From: Chloropicon primus
Lineage: Eukaryota
DNA length: 64,000 bases
Assembly (NCBI GenBank): GCA_023205875.1
Contig: CP060762.1
Span: 682,001-746,000, forward strand
Direction: 5' to 3'
Part shown: one piece after another, positions 15,001 through 25,723 of the stretch
How the letters are laid out: the number at the start of each line of letters is the position of its first letter
Position numbering within the stretch: the first letter of the stretch is position 1
Program-made: the position numbers and the translations under genes
The notes under the pieces: generated by a model
The model's database searches: none
Seen by the model: the letters and a program-made list of their open reading frames with translations, nothing else
What the model was told of the DNA's origin: nothing

Positions 15001-15718
15001 GTAGCACCTCCTCCTTCGCAGGCCAACCGCCGCGTTGCCGTCGAACGAGCACTTGATGTTGGACAGCGCCGCCCTTCCCACCGCGTTCCTCTCGTAGAAG
15101 TCGTCCGATTTCTCGCCAAACGCCTCGGAGAATATGTCGTGAGACGTATACACCGTGACCAGCGTTCCTCCCTGCAGGTCGCTCACCGCTGGTGATATCT
15201 CGAGCACCTCGGGCTCGCTATAATAATAAAATCTTTGGCTACCCCTCGTGTCCTCGTGGAAGGACAGCTCGTTCACGGAGACCGACACCGGAACCGACCT
15301 CCCGGCCCTTCCGGGAGGTGAGTGGCAAGTGAACTTGATCGTCTGAACCTTGGAGGAGTGCCTCTTCGCCTGCGCGATCTTCACCGGCGTCGTTTTGCTT
15401 CCAAAGTGGCAAAAGGCCGTGTGGATCCCGGTGGGGAAAACTCCCTTCACTTGCACCTCCACCGGCGTCCTGCCCTTGGCAGGTCCAAAGAATGGGATGA
15501 AGCTGAAGTCGTAGCTCAGCACTTGGTCGCTCCGCCCCCCTTCGAACGTCGTGCTTCCCGAAAAGTGGGAGGAGTCCGCTCGCGTCGGAAGCCTATCCGT
15601 TTTCACTCTGTCCTTTCTATTCTTGGCCTGCAGCAGAGAAAGCAGGAGGAGGAGGTGGTGGTGGTGGTCAAGTTGAATTGAGCACGAGGACGGGGAGAGA
15701 ACAAGAGTCAGAACACCA

Positions 15719-15750
<32 letters not shown>

Positions 15751-16029
15751 GAGGGAGAAGGCGAGCCACACCGTGGATTGTCTCTCGGCCATCGCGGGAG
15801 CTCGGCTCGAGCCCGCGGCAGGTGCCGCGGTCCTCTCCCGCCCGCCCACGCGGCCCCGATCCTCGCACACTTCACTTACCTTGTACGCCGCCTCGTACAC
15901 CTCGCTCGGGTTCTCCAAAGTCGCCGCGTAGGTCCCCAGTATGCCCGCGTGAGGCAGAAGAACCAGAAGGCTCAGGACCCAAGCGAGGGCCAGCCCCCTC
16001 CGTTTCGTTTCTCCTCTCGAGGGAGCCAT
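1..16029 (-). CDS. Giant secreted/surface Ig-fold repeat protein (signal peptide, ~4 IPT/TIG, ~7 cadherin-like beta-sandwich, many filamin-type repeats); 3' end beyond the window
   Basis: Exon 1 is 16029-15880 (MAPSRGETKRRGLALAWVLSLLVLLPHAGILG, signal peptide). The GTAAGT..CAG intron spans 15879-15628. Exon 2 runs 15627 to 1 in one frame (5,209 codons); no listed minus-strand ORF terminates in this frame. Motifs: ITTNLGPVSGGTVV (TIG), VTAEDGTTTKTYTVTVTR (cadherin-like), VVAYDQYSN..NGKYKV..GSPFTFQV (filamin). Confidence 0.9.
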
Positions 16030-16603
16030 GGTCTCTGTGTGGTTGGCCGTGTTCCAATGTCCTTGCTTCCGAAGAACGTTTCGGGTCCCCTTCGCTACCT
16101 TTCCTGGGCGAGTCCCATCACCCGAGGAGGAATCAAAACCAAAATCACTGAGGTGTGGGATCACAGAGCCTCTCGCTTCGGGTCGCACGGCAATGCGACG
16201 CTTGAGCGCCCAAAAGTCACGAGGTTTCGTCCAAGATTGGAATCTTGGAAACTCCAGCACGTGTCAATGCTCCCGTCCCGTGTCCTCTCTTGTGTTCCGG
16301 TCAAAAAAGGCGACAAGGTCTTGGTCTCCCGATCGCTCCAAGCTCTAGCCGCGCTGACCTCCTCCTCGCCCTCTCGCCCCTCTCCCGCTCTCTGACTTTT
16401 CCACACAAAGGGGCCCGCAGCACGATCAACGTCTCACGAAGGAAGGAGCGCGACGGGGCCAGACTTCTCAACCCAATGTGACGTCTCACACGGGATACTT
16501 CGGACGCCAGGTTTGAATTTTTGGAAAGAATTTTGCAAGCTGGGATTTGTACTCCGGAGGTCAAAAGGGCGCGGCCTGGGGTACACCCATAAAACGAGTG
16601 TCC

Positions 16604-16635
16604 TTTAGGGTTTAGGGTTTTAGGGTTTTAGGGTT
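16604..16635 (+). repeat. Short interstitial telomere-like tract (TTTAGGG)2(TTTTAGGG)2
   Basis: Direct reading tttaggg tttaggg ttttaggg ttttaggg tt, in the divergent intergenic region. Confidence 0.85.
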
Positions 16636-17009
16636 GAGCAGAGAGAAGGCAGCAGGGGAGGGAGAGGAAGGGAAGGGAGAGGAAGGTCCTTCCTGGAGGA
16701 TCTTGGTCCCCCCTCCCCACACACACACTCGCATGTGTCTCGACCTTTCCATCGCATCGGTCTCATTGGTGGTACGAGGAGGGGCGTCTTGTTCTTGTGT
16801 GGGAAGGGAAGGGGCGAAGACAAGACAAGCTTCGGAAGTGCGGAGACTTGTGACAGCTGTTACGGACGGGTCCACTCAAGGAGACCACACTGGAAGTCTT
16901 GGAGGTCTCGGAGACCGAAGCAAGATTCCATCTTTGGCCGGTCTTTGGCAAGTTTTAGTTCCAGGACAGATCCCACTGGAGAGGAGAGCTACACATCGAT
17001 ACACACGTG

Positions 17010-18425
17010 ATGGCTGGAGCCCAAAGTTCTAACCAGGACCATGCGAGGAGCACGGAGGGCGAGCTCAGGGCTGCGGCTGCCGAGAGGAGGATGCGGCAGG
17101 GGGCCGGTGCCTCGCCCTCGAGGTCCTCCTCTTCCCTCCTCTCGCCCGTCGTGGACTGGTTCAAGGGGCTGGCCTTTGGCTCGAGGGCGGCGACGAGGGA
17201 GGGAGAGGAGAGAGCTGCGGCCCTGGAGCGAAAGATGGACGGGGAGAAGCATGGTGTGGGGGACCTCCCCGCCGACGACTGGCCTTGGAGTGAGAAGGAG
17301 GAGGCCCCGTCGCCCTCGTCCTCGTCGTCGCCCTCGTCCTCGTCGTCGTCGTCGTCGTTGAGCCACAAGGAGTGGAGAGAGAGAGACGTGAGTGAGGAGG
17401 ACTTTAGCGCGATGCTCGCCGACCTCCTGGAGGAGTGGCTGGTCCAGAACTGGTCGATCAGCCTGCCCACAGAAGTGTGGCTGACAATAACCGAGCAGGT
17501 GACCCATTACGACCGCCTGGCCCTCTCCCTCACCTGTAAGAAGTTCCGAAGTGCGGTGCTGAGGACTTACCCCGGCAATGAGCACAAGACGGACTTGGGC
17601 GACGCGAGGCTTGTGACGAGCTCGCCGTCCTTCGGCCTCGGGTGGTTCCAGTGGGTCTTCGGGTCGTTCGAGAGGCGGCGGGGGGAGGCGCCGGACTACG
17701 CCTATGGGGGCGACACCCTCGCCTACATTTACGACAGCAACCTCGTGTTCCTGGCGGGCTTTGTGGGGAGCACGGTCGCGATTCGGTGGCTGCGCGAGGC
17801 CAAGGGGGTCCCCCTGGGCACCAAGAGATGGCGCGGGGCCTTGGGCGCGGCTTTCGGGGGACAGAAAGCCACCCTCGAGTGGTTCCGGGGCGAGGGGTAC
17901 GCGTTCTGCCCGAGCACCTGCACCTGGGCGGCTTATGGTGGGCGCCTTGACCTCCTTCGGTGGCTGAGAACGAGCGAGGGGTGCCCCTGGGACGTTGACA
18001 CCTCCAACGCCGCGGCCTACTGGGGCCACCTGCATGTTCTCGAGTGGGCGATGAGCGAGGGCTTGGCGGTGGAGCAGGTCACCTGCGACGTTGCGATAAG
18101 GGCGGGGAACCTGGACGTCCTGCACTGGCTTGTCAGTCGAGGCTGCACGTGCAGGCTGGACTGGTCTTGCAGGGAGGCGATCGAGCACGGCCAGGTTCGG
18201 GTGCTCAAGTGGCTGAGGGCGGTGCCCGTGGACCCGTTCGGCCCTGAGGACCCGTGGCGCAAGGACGACCTCTGCGCCCTGGCGGCCGAGCACGGCCAGC
18301 TCGAGGCGCTCCGGTGGCTCCGGGACGAGGGGTTCCCTTGGTGTCCGAGGGATTGCAGGAAGCTCGCGGGGGGCGGGGGGCACCGCGGCGTCGCCAAGTG
18401 GATCGACCGGAACCGGTTGAAATAA
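17010..18425 (+). CDS. F-box-like plus degenerate ankyrin-repeat protein
   Basis: LPTEVWLTI..LALSLTCKKFR (F-box-like), followed by repeats of the type C.xAAxxGxLxxLxWLRxxGCPW. First ATG at 17010. Confidence 0.85.
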   Translation: MAGAQSSNQDHARSTEGELRAAAAERRMRQGAGASPSRSSSSLLSPVVDWFKGLAFGSRAATREGEERAAALERKMDGEKHGVGDLPADDWPWSEKEEAPSPSSSSSPSSSSSSSSLSHKEWRERDVSEEDFSAMLADLLEEWLVQNWSISLPTEVWLTITEQVTHYDRLALSLTCKKFRSAVLRTYPGNEHKTDLGDARLVTSSPSFGLGWFQWVFGSFERRRGEAPDYAYGGDTLAYIYDSNLVFLAGFVGSTVAIRWLREAKGVPLGTKRWRGALGAAFGGQKATLEWFRGEGYAFCPSTCTWAAYGGRLDLLRWLRTSEGCPWDVDTSNAAAYWGHLHVLEWAMSEGLAVEQVTCDVAIRAGNLDVLHWLVSRGCTCRLDWSCREAIEHGQVRVLKWLRAVPVDPFGPEDPWRKDDLCALAAEHGQLEALRWLRDEGFPWCPRDCRKLAGGGGHRGVAKWIDRNRLK

Positions 18426-18454
18426 AATATCCTTTCCATACTTTTCCATTTTTC

Positions 18455-19291
18455 TTAGAGCTTGGACTTGAACCTGGCGAGCCTCTTGAAGTGGTCCGGG
18501 TCCATCTCCCCGTACGCGTTCCAGGCCACTCTCCTCTCCAGCTCCCTCCCCTCCTCGTACGTGCAGCCGTAGCCCCGGTTCAAGACGGATTTGTACGCCC
18601 GGACGGTCCCCTCGTCGTTCCGGCACACGCGCTGGCAGATGCGGAGGGCCTCCTGGAGGGCGAGGTCCCTCGTGCCGTGGACGCTCTGCACGAGCCCCCA
18701 GGCCAGGGCCTTCCCGGAGGACACCTTGCAGCTGGTGAGGCTGGCGAGCCTGGCGTTGTTGATCCCCACGAGCCTGGGGAGCTTCTGGGACAGCCCCCAC
18801 CCCGGCATGATCCCCCACTTGCAGTGGGTGTCCGCGAAGAAGGCGTCCTCGGAGGCCACCAGGACGTCGCAGGCCAAGGCGATCTCGAACCCCGCGGTGA
18901 TGGCGGCCCCGTGGACGACCCCGACGATGGGGAAGCTGCACCTCTCCATCTGGTGCACGACGTCGAACTCGTACGAGTCGGCGTAGGAGTCTCGCCGCTT
19001 GAACACCTGGCTCGCGGCCTTGAGGTCCACGCCGGCGCAGAACCCCTTGCCCCTGGCGCAGAGCACCGCGCAGCTCACGTCCCCGTCGTCCTCGAAGGAC
19101 CGGAAGGCTCCCGCGATCGTCTTGATCATGCCGAACGTCAGCGCATTCAGGGCGGAGGGGCGGTTCAGGGTAACCAGGCCCACGACCTTCTTCTGGTCAG
19201 AAGAAGAAGACGGAGAGGACAGGAGCGTCCTGCGCTCCACCAGGACCAACTCAGAGGAGTCGTCGTCGCTGGAGGAGGACGAGGCTGCCAT
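18455..19291 (-). CDS. Enoyl-CoA hydratase/isomerase (crotonase) family, peroxisomal (C-terminal SKL)
   Basis: TLNRPSALNAL, FCAGVDL, GAAITAGFEIALACD, PGWGLSQKLPRLVG. Ends ..KSKL (PTS1). Confidence 0.92.
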   Translation of the reverse strand: MAASSSSSDDDSSELVLVERRTLLSSPSSSSDQKKVVGLVTLNRPSALNALTFGMIKTIAGAFRSFEDDGDVSCAVLCARGKGFCAGVDLKAASQVFKRRDSYADSYEFDVVHQMERCSFPIVGVVHGAAITAGFEIALACDVLVASEDAFFADTHCKWGIMPGWGLSQKLPRLVGINNARLASLTSCKVSSGKALAWGLVQSVHGTRDLALQEALRICQRVCRNDEGTVRAYKSVLNRGYGCTYEEGRELERRVAWNAYGEMDPDHFKRLARFKSKL

Positions 19292-19294
19292 TGC

Positions 19295-19630
19295 GACCCT
19301 GCGATTGCGTTGCAGCAGAAACAAACCCAGCAACTATCACTGGGTCGGTGTGTGTATGCAATCAATCAATCAATCAATGAATCGATCAATGAATGAATGA
19401 ATCAATCAATCAGTGCGACTGCGTTTGCGACTGCGATTGCGTTGCAGCAGAAACAAACCCAGTAACTCGTCGGTCGTCGGTGTGTGTGTGTGTATGCAAT
19501 CAATGAATCAATGAATGAATCAATGAATCAATGAATGAATGAATGAATGAATGAATCGCTCGCTCGCTCGATCCATGAGTGCGACTGCGTTGCAGAAGCA
19601 ACCCCCCACCCAGCAACTCGTGTCGTGTAT
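19295..19630. repeat. Locally triplicated ~70-bp block interleaved with (AATC/AATG)n microsatellite
   Basis: gcgattgcgttgcagcagaaacaaacccag occurs at 19301 and 19433, with a degenerate copy near 19580. AATG/AATC tracts at 19359-19411 and 19498-19557. Confidence 0.75.
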
Positions 19631-20191
19631 GTTCGTGTGTGTGTCGTGTATGTTGTCCCGGTCCCGTCGTCCTCGTCGTCGTCGTCCTCGTCCTCGTCGT
19701 GATGTCGTGATGTCGTTCTCCTTCTCCTGGAGATATTTTAGTGTCCCTTATCCGTCCTCCTCGTCGTTTTCCTTCTTTTGTTTCGCGGTCGGAATTTCTC
19801 TATTCAAAACCAAAGCCCCGTGACCCCAAACCTCACCGAGTAGATTTCCCCACGAGGCACACTCCACGTCAGCCTCGTGCGAAATCGCGTGACGAGACCA
19901 GGCCGGACCGGCGTCGCGCACGAGGGCACAAACCCAGAAGCACAACCGCGGCGAAGAACACCAAGACCGACACCGAGGAGGACGACGACGAGGAACAACA
20001 CACGCGCACGCGAAACACCATTGGGGTGAACCTTGGGGTTTGCTAGACTTGGAACACAGAGGACGAACACGGACACGGCGTCGACGAGGACACAACCACG
20101 GAAGACAGAACGACCCAAACCAACACCACGCCGACCAAAAGAGAACCCCTACCCTGACTCGAGTCGACGAGGAGGCACGGTGACCTCGGGT

Positions 20192-20223
<32 letters not shown>

Positions 20224-20254
20224 GCTATAGTTCGAACCACCGACGAAGAGGAGG

Positions 20255-21106
20255 ATGTTTGGAGTTGCGGTGAACAAAAGGTTGGCGGTTGCCTGCAAGG
20301 CGGCGATGCATACGAGCATGAGGGGGAGGACGCACGGACACTCCGCTGCGTCGTCGTCGTCGGGGTCTTCGATCTCACGCACGACGATGCCCTCTTCGAC
20401 GACGACGGTGTTGAGGTCCGTGCTTGCGGACATGCCGAGCGAGGTGGACAAGTCGGAGATACCGAGGCCGGAGGTGTGCATCAACAATGAGGCGGACGCC
20501 CTGGCGACGGTGGTGACGATCAAGTTCGGGGACTACCTCGGGGACCTGCTGGACACGTCCCAGGCGCTGAAGAACCTGAACTTGAACATCGTGAAGGCCA
20601 AGTTCGAGGTGGACGGCCCCAAGAACAAGTTCTACATCACTTGCTCGAAGACGGGGGAGAAGGTCTTCTCCTCGGAGCGCCTGGAGGAGATCCGCATGAC
20701 GATCATCAACAACCTGATGCTGTACCACCCGGAGTCCAAGGAGGAGCTCAGCAGCTTCCTGCACGCCAGGAGGGCCGCGGAGCCCCTGAGCGCCCTGGGC
20801 ATGAGGACCGCCCCGTCCGTCAAAACCCAGATCGAGCAGCGCCAGGACGAGAGAGGCATCAGGACGATCCTGGAGATCACCACCGCGGACAGGCCGGGCC
20901 TCCTGGTGGACATCGTGAGAACCCTGACCGACATCTCGGTCCAGGTGGTCTCCGCCAAGGCGGAGACCCTCGGCAGGGCCGCCCACGACGTCTTCGCGAT
21001 CACCTACCACGGGGAGCCCCTCACCCCCCCCATGCAGACCCTGGTCAGCAACGCCTTGTACTACTACTTGGCGAGGGCCGAGGTGGCCAAGGAGGAGTCT
21101 TACTAG
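20255..21106 (+). CDS. Plastid ACT-domain repeat protein (ACR11/ACR12-like)
   Basis: Ser/Thr-rich transit peptide; FGDYLGDLLDT, LEEIRMTIINNLMLYHPES, ADRPGLLVDIV; ends EESY. Confidence 0.88.
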   Translation: MFGVAVNKRLAVACKAAMHTSMRGRTHGHSAASSSSGSSISRTTMPSSTTTVLRSVLADMPSEVDKSEIPRPEVCINNEADALATVVTIKFGDYLGDLLDTSQALKNLNLNIVKAKFEVDGPKNKFYITCSKTGEKVFSSERLEEIRMTIINNLMLYHPESKEELSSFLHARRAAEPLSALGMRTAPSVKTQIEQRQDERGIRTILEITTADRPGLLVDIVRTLTDISVQVVSAKAETLGRAAHDVFAITYHGEPLTPPMQTLVSNALYYYLARAEVAKEESY

Positions 21107-21265
21107 AGCTTGGAGACCCGGGCGACCCTGGGCGCCCAGAGAGAGAGAGAGAGAAGGAAGGGGACCCAACAAACAACAAACAAACAAACAAAGGAAACGA
21201 ACAAAGTTTCTCTTCTTAGCAAAAAGCTTTGTACATTTATACATTTTATCGTCCCTCTTCCTGTC

Positions 21266-23462
21266 TCAGTACGACTTCTCCACGGAGCTCAGGAGGTAGC
21301 TCACCATGAACCCCTTGCCCTTCACCTGGACCTTGCGAGGCTCCCACGAGAACCCGAGCTTGTCGCACACCAATTCGTACGTGGACTGGGAGATCTGCAT
21401 CCGACCCGGAACCCCCGTGGACTCCATCCTGCTCGCCGTGTTCACCGTGTCCCCGAACAAGCAAAACCTCGGCATCCTACTTCCGACCACGCCGGAGCAT
21501 ACGTCCCCAGTGTGGATTCCGGCTCTCACTTGACAATTCTTGCCGTTCGGCATGACGAGCCTCCCGGCCGTCTCCAGCGCCTCCTTCCCGAACTTCACGG
21601 CCGCAAATGCGCTGGCGCTGGCGTGAAGCTTGGAGTCGTCCTTGAAGCTCATGGTCGCCATCGCACTGCCCCTCTCCTTCTTCCTCTTCTTCCAGGAGCC
21701 GGCGCTCGGCAGGCGGTCCAAGGACGGATGATCCCCCCCAGCATCGTCATCGCAGTCCTCGTCCTCCTCGACGACATCGAGGCCCGCGGCCACCATGAAC
21801 GCGTCGCCAATGGTCTCCACCTTCCACAGGTTCGTGTCCCTGTCGACCAAGCCGTCGAACGCCGTGAAGAGGTTGTGCAAGAAGGCCATGACCGAGTACG
21901 GCGGGCACTCGTTCGACATGCTTGTGAACCCGACGATGTCCGAGAAGAATATCGTCACCTCCTGGTGCATTCTCGCGACGGTGCGCCCGATGTTGTTGAA
22001 ATCCATGCCTTGGTCCCCTTCCCCCTCTTGGCCGCAGCCTTCCTCGCCCCTGACCGAGGCGTCCCTGATCGAGGCGCTCTCCTTGATGAGCTGCCTCGCG
22101 ATGACTTTCGGGAAGATTTGACTGATCAAGGCCTCCTGCCTCTCCTTCTCCCGAAGCAGCAGCTCCTCCCGCTCCTTTGCGCTCTTGATGGCGTGCTCCT
22201 GCTGCAAGTTGATGACTTCCCTGTCGCAGAACTGGTCCCTGCTCTTCTTGTCCTCGATGTACGACAGCGTGACGGTCAGCACGGCGACGGCCGTTATGTA
22301 GAACAACAGGCCGCACGTAGCGAAGTAGGCGTCCGCTTTGAGGGCCGCTGGATTCCCCCCGACTTCCTCATCGATGTTCAAGATGTAGTCGCTCGGCTCG
22401 ACCATAAAGATGCTGCCGGCGATCTGACCCCACTGGAAAGCCAACATCCAGGCGCAGACCTCCAAGGCATAGTAAAACGGCATCGCCGCAACGAGCACAG
22501 TGAAGTAGTAGCTCAGGAAAAAAAAGATGTTTTGCGCGATCCACCCATTCCTGCCGAAGAGGATCCTGAGCATGACGCCCACTGTCATCACGACCACCGA
22601 AATGGGGCTTCCTTGATACACTTCGTCCTCGTTCGATATGCCCATGTTGTCGGACGACATGTTGGGCATGGATTGGACTGCGATGGGGGAGGGAAACGAG
22701 GTAGAGTAGAGTCAATTGAACCGCAATCCCACGCGCGAGCGCGAGGTCCAATCGTGTCTTACCAAATAAAGTGGAGAGGCTCAGAGCGAGCTGCGTGACG
22801 TGATACACGTGGTTCTTGCTCTCGTACGTCTTGGACTCGTACATGTATATGCAGATGAAGTACCCAATGATCAGCGGCGCGGCTGCCGTCACGGAATAAC
22901 CCAGGCCTTTGAGCGCAGCGGTGCTTCCCAAGTACTCTGGGTCTCCGTCTTGGCTCGTTATCCCTTTGTAGATGGCCCAAAGCAGAGGCACAACGAGGGT
23001 GAGCAGCAGGGCGAGGGCGTAGGCCATGTATACCCTCGCCCGCTGCGTGGAGGCCAGACAACCCAAGTACTTTCTCTCGAGATTCCTGTCCTTGAAGGAG
23101 GACAGCCTGAACCGCTTGGGCTCCACGAACCTGGACCAGCGAATTGAGGAAAGGCGTCAGAAAGGAATGCAGTGCAGTGCAGGCTGCTGAGCACAAGACG
23201 ACGATTGAGCTGACAGCCTCCATCTCTAGGGCCATGGACGAGCGCTCCTCCTCGTGCCTCTCCTCCTCTGTCTCTTGTCTCTGTCACACACCCACACACA
23301 CGCACGCACGAACACACACACGCCCACGCCACAAGTTCCGTTCCATGGTGTCCCCACTCACGTTCCCTTGTCAAAATCGATGTTCTCCTTGAAGTCGTAA
23401 TCCTCCTTGTGCATGCACCGAAGGCAGCACGGAAGCTGCTTGACCAGATTCACAAACGCCAT
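21266..23462 (-). CDS. Multi-pass membrane class III nucleotidyl cyclase, guanylyl-type residues (3 exons)
   Basis: Exons 23462-23362, 23130-22763 and 22677-21266 join in frame across GT..AG introns. Several hydrophobic helices, then FFSDIVGFT, KVETIGDAFM, GIHTG, RFCLFGDTVNTASRMES. Confidence 0.9.
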
Positions 23463-23660
23463 CTCAAGACACGCTTCCGACTCCGACACAACCCACCAGG
23501 TTTGTCCACCGTCCGTCGCGTTCGGTACCCGGTCAACCGAAACCCCGCCCCATCGCCCTCGTCCTCGTCGTCGTCGTCCTCGTCGTCGTCGTCCTCGTCC
23601 TCGTCGTGGTGGTGGCGGGAAAGTGACACTTTCCGTTACGTAAAAAATTCGCGGGAAGCG

Positions 23661-25500
23661 ATGGCGAAGGCGGCGGAGGCGATGGCGATGGAGGACGAGG
23701 ACAAGGGAGGGCAAGGGATGGCTCTGGAGGTGGAGGGTGGGGACCTCGAGCCGCAGGGGGAAGGGATGAAACCCTTGTCGTGCGCGAAACTTGTGGGGGC
23801 TTGGCTCTGGGAGGTGGGTGGTTCGGCCAAGGAAGGAAAACGAGGGGAATGGGAATGGGAATGGGAGGGGGTTGGGTTGCGGGACGAGCTGAGCTGACTT
23901 TTGTTTTCTTCTCGCTCGCGACGGCAGAACATGGGCATTGCGTTTGACTCCGGTCACTTTAACAAGAAAGATCCCTTCTGGATCAAGGAGAAGGGGGTGA
24001 GTGAGCCACATCTACATCTTCGTCCATCTTCCGCCGTCGTCTTCCTGTCGAACACGCTCGTAGCAGTCGCCAGGCAGTTGTGCTGACTGAGGCCCACGAT
24101 GGCGTCCTCGACCTCTGCAGTCCAACTGGTTCACCGAAATCCGAGCAGGCTTGGTGACGTTTCTCACGATGTCGTACATATTGCCGGCGAACGCGGCTAT
24201 CATGGCCATTGCCATGGGCCAGGACAAGAGGGGCGATCTTGTGATAGCAACCGCGTTGGTCAGTGCCGTCGCGTCGGTCCTGATGGGCCTCATGGCGAAC
24301 TTTCCCCTGGGTGTGGCCCCGGGGATGGGCCTGAACGCGTACTTTGTCTTCACGGTCGTCCTCCAAAAAGGTTTGAGCTGGCAGGAGGCCCTGACCGCGG
24401 TGTTCGTCTCGGGCTGGCTGTTCTTGGTCACAACGGTCCTCGGGCTGAGGTGGTTCATGCTCAAGCTGATCCCTCACGGAGTTCAGCTCGCCCTGAGCGC
24501 GGGGATCGGCTTGTTCCTGGCCTTCTTGGGCACCCAGGCGGGGGGAGGCATGGGCATCATCGTGGGCGACGAGGCCACGCTCGTGAGGCTGAACGAGCCC
24601 TTGTCCGTGGAGGGGAACTACGACGCTCACAAGATGTGGATCTCGGCGCTAGTCTTCACGGTCACCGTGGTGATGATGGCCATGAACGTCAAGGGAGCTC
24701 CGCTTGTTGGAATCATTTTCGGCACGATCATCGCCTGGTCCGAGTGCTGGGCTCAAGGTCCCACGAGCAGCGTGCTGCTTTACCCCTTCGGTTCCTGTAG
24801 CGACGTCGCCGCGAACGGGCTCAATGGCACGGAGTGCTTCTGCTACGCCCCGGAGAAGGTCGTTGACGTGCCTCGAGTGGCGACCGCGGGGAAGCTCAGC
24901 TTCGACATCTTGGAGAAGAAACAATTTTGGATTTCGGTCGTCACCTTCTACTTCAACGACCTGCTGGGTTGCGCCGGCACCCTGATTGCTGTGACGAGGA
25001 AGGCTAGCATCATGGACAGGCACGGCAACATCCCAAAACGCCAGGCCAACGCAGCATTCGTGGCGGACAGCGTGTCCACAATATTGGGAAGTGTGCTGGG
25101 CACGAGTACGGTCACGACGTACATCGAGTCCGCTGCAGGGATCGTGGACGGCGGACGGACCGGTGTCGTGGCAATTGTGGTCGGGATCTGCTTCAGCCTT
25201 TCGATCCCGTTCGCACCCCTCTTGAGCAACATCCCCGATTTGGCGACAGGGCCAATCGTCGTGATTGTTGGTGCAATGATGATGACCAGCGTCGAAGGCT
25301 TTGAGTGGAGCAATGTGGAAGACGGCCTTCCCGCCTTCCTGACCCTTCTGCTAATACCTCTGACCTTCAACATCGCCTATGGGATCATCGCGGGCACCAT
25401 ATTTTGGTTCATCATACAAATCTTCCTCATTCCCTACAGGCTGGTCAAGAAGGAAGACCCTCTCAAGAGGCTGAAGAGCATCGTCATGACTAAGCCGTAA
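23661..25500 (+). CDS. AzgA/AZG-type adenine-guanine permease (NCS2 superfamily; 3 exons)
   Basis: Exons 23661-23813, 23928-23996 and 24121-25500. TEIRAGLVTFLTMSYIL, APGMGLNAYF, TTYIESAAGI..GGRTG, PLTFNIAYGI. Confidence 0.9.
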
Positions 25501-25723
25501 TAATCCAGAAGGATCGTTCATTTTTTCATGACAACCCCACCAAGCCCGGGATCAGCCTTCGCAATGCGATCACGCCGACCCTGATCCTCCCACTGACCGC
25601 CCCCACCCCGCCTCAAACCCTCCAATGGCTTGCTTGGTATCGGTGTCCCCCCTGCTTTCCCTCCTCTCCTCCCTCTCTCCAGAGGTAACTGATAACCGCC
25701 CGAGGAGAGAAGCAGAAGCCGCG

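Noticed and set aside
88..15681. Long plus-strand ORFs (88-1353, 1447-3324, 3424-4809, 7969-11439, 11518-12822 and others)
   Set aside because: All are in the antisense register of the giant minus-strand gene. They are His/Arg/Val-rich shadows caused by high GC3 and show no recognisable motifs.
16490..16545. Sm-site-like AATTTTTGG suggesting an snRNA
   Set aside because: No U1, U2, U4 or U5 hallmark sequences are recognisable around it.
16989..19396. ORFs 16989-18941 (-) and 18254-19396 (+)
   Set aside because: Alternative-frame or antisense shadows of the ankyrin and crotonase genes.
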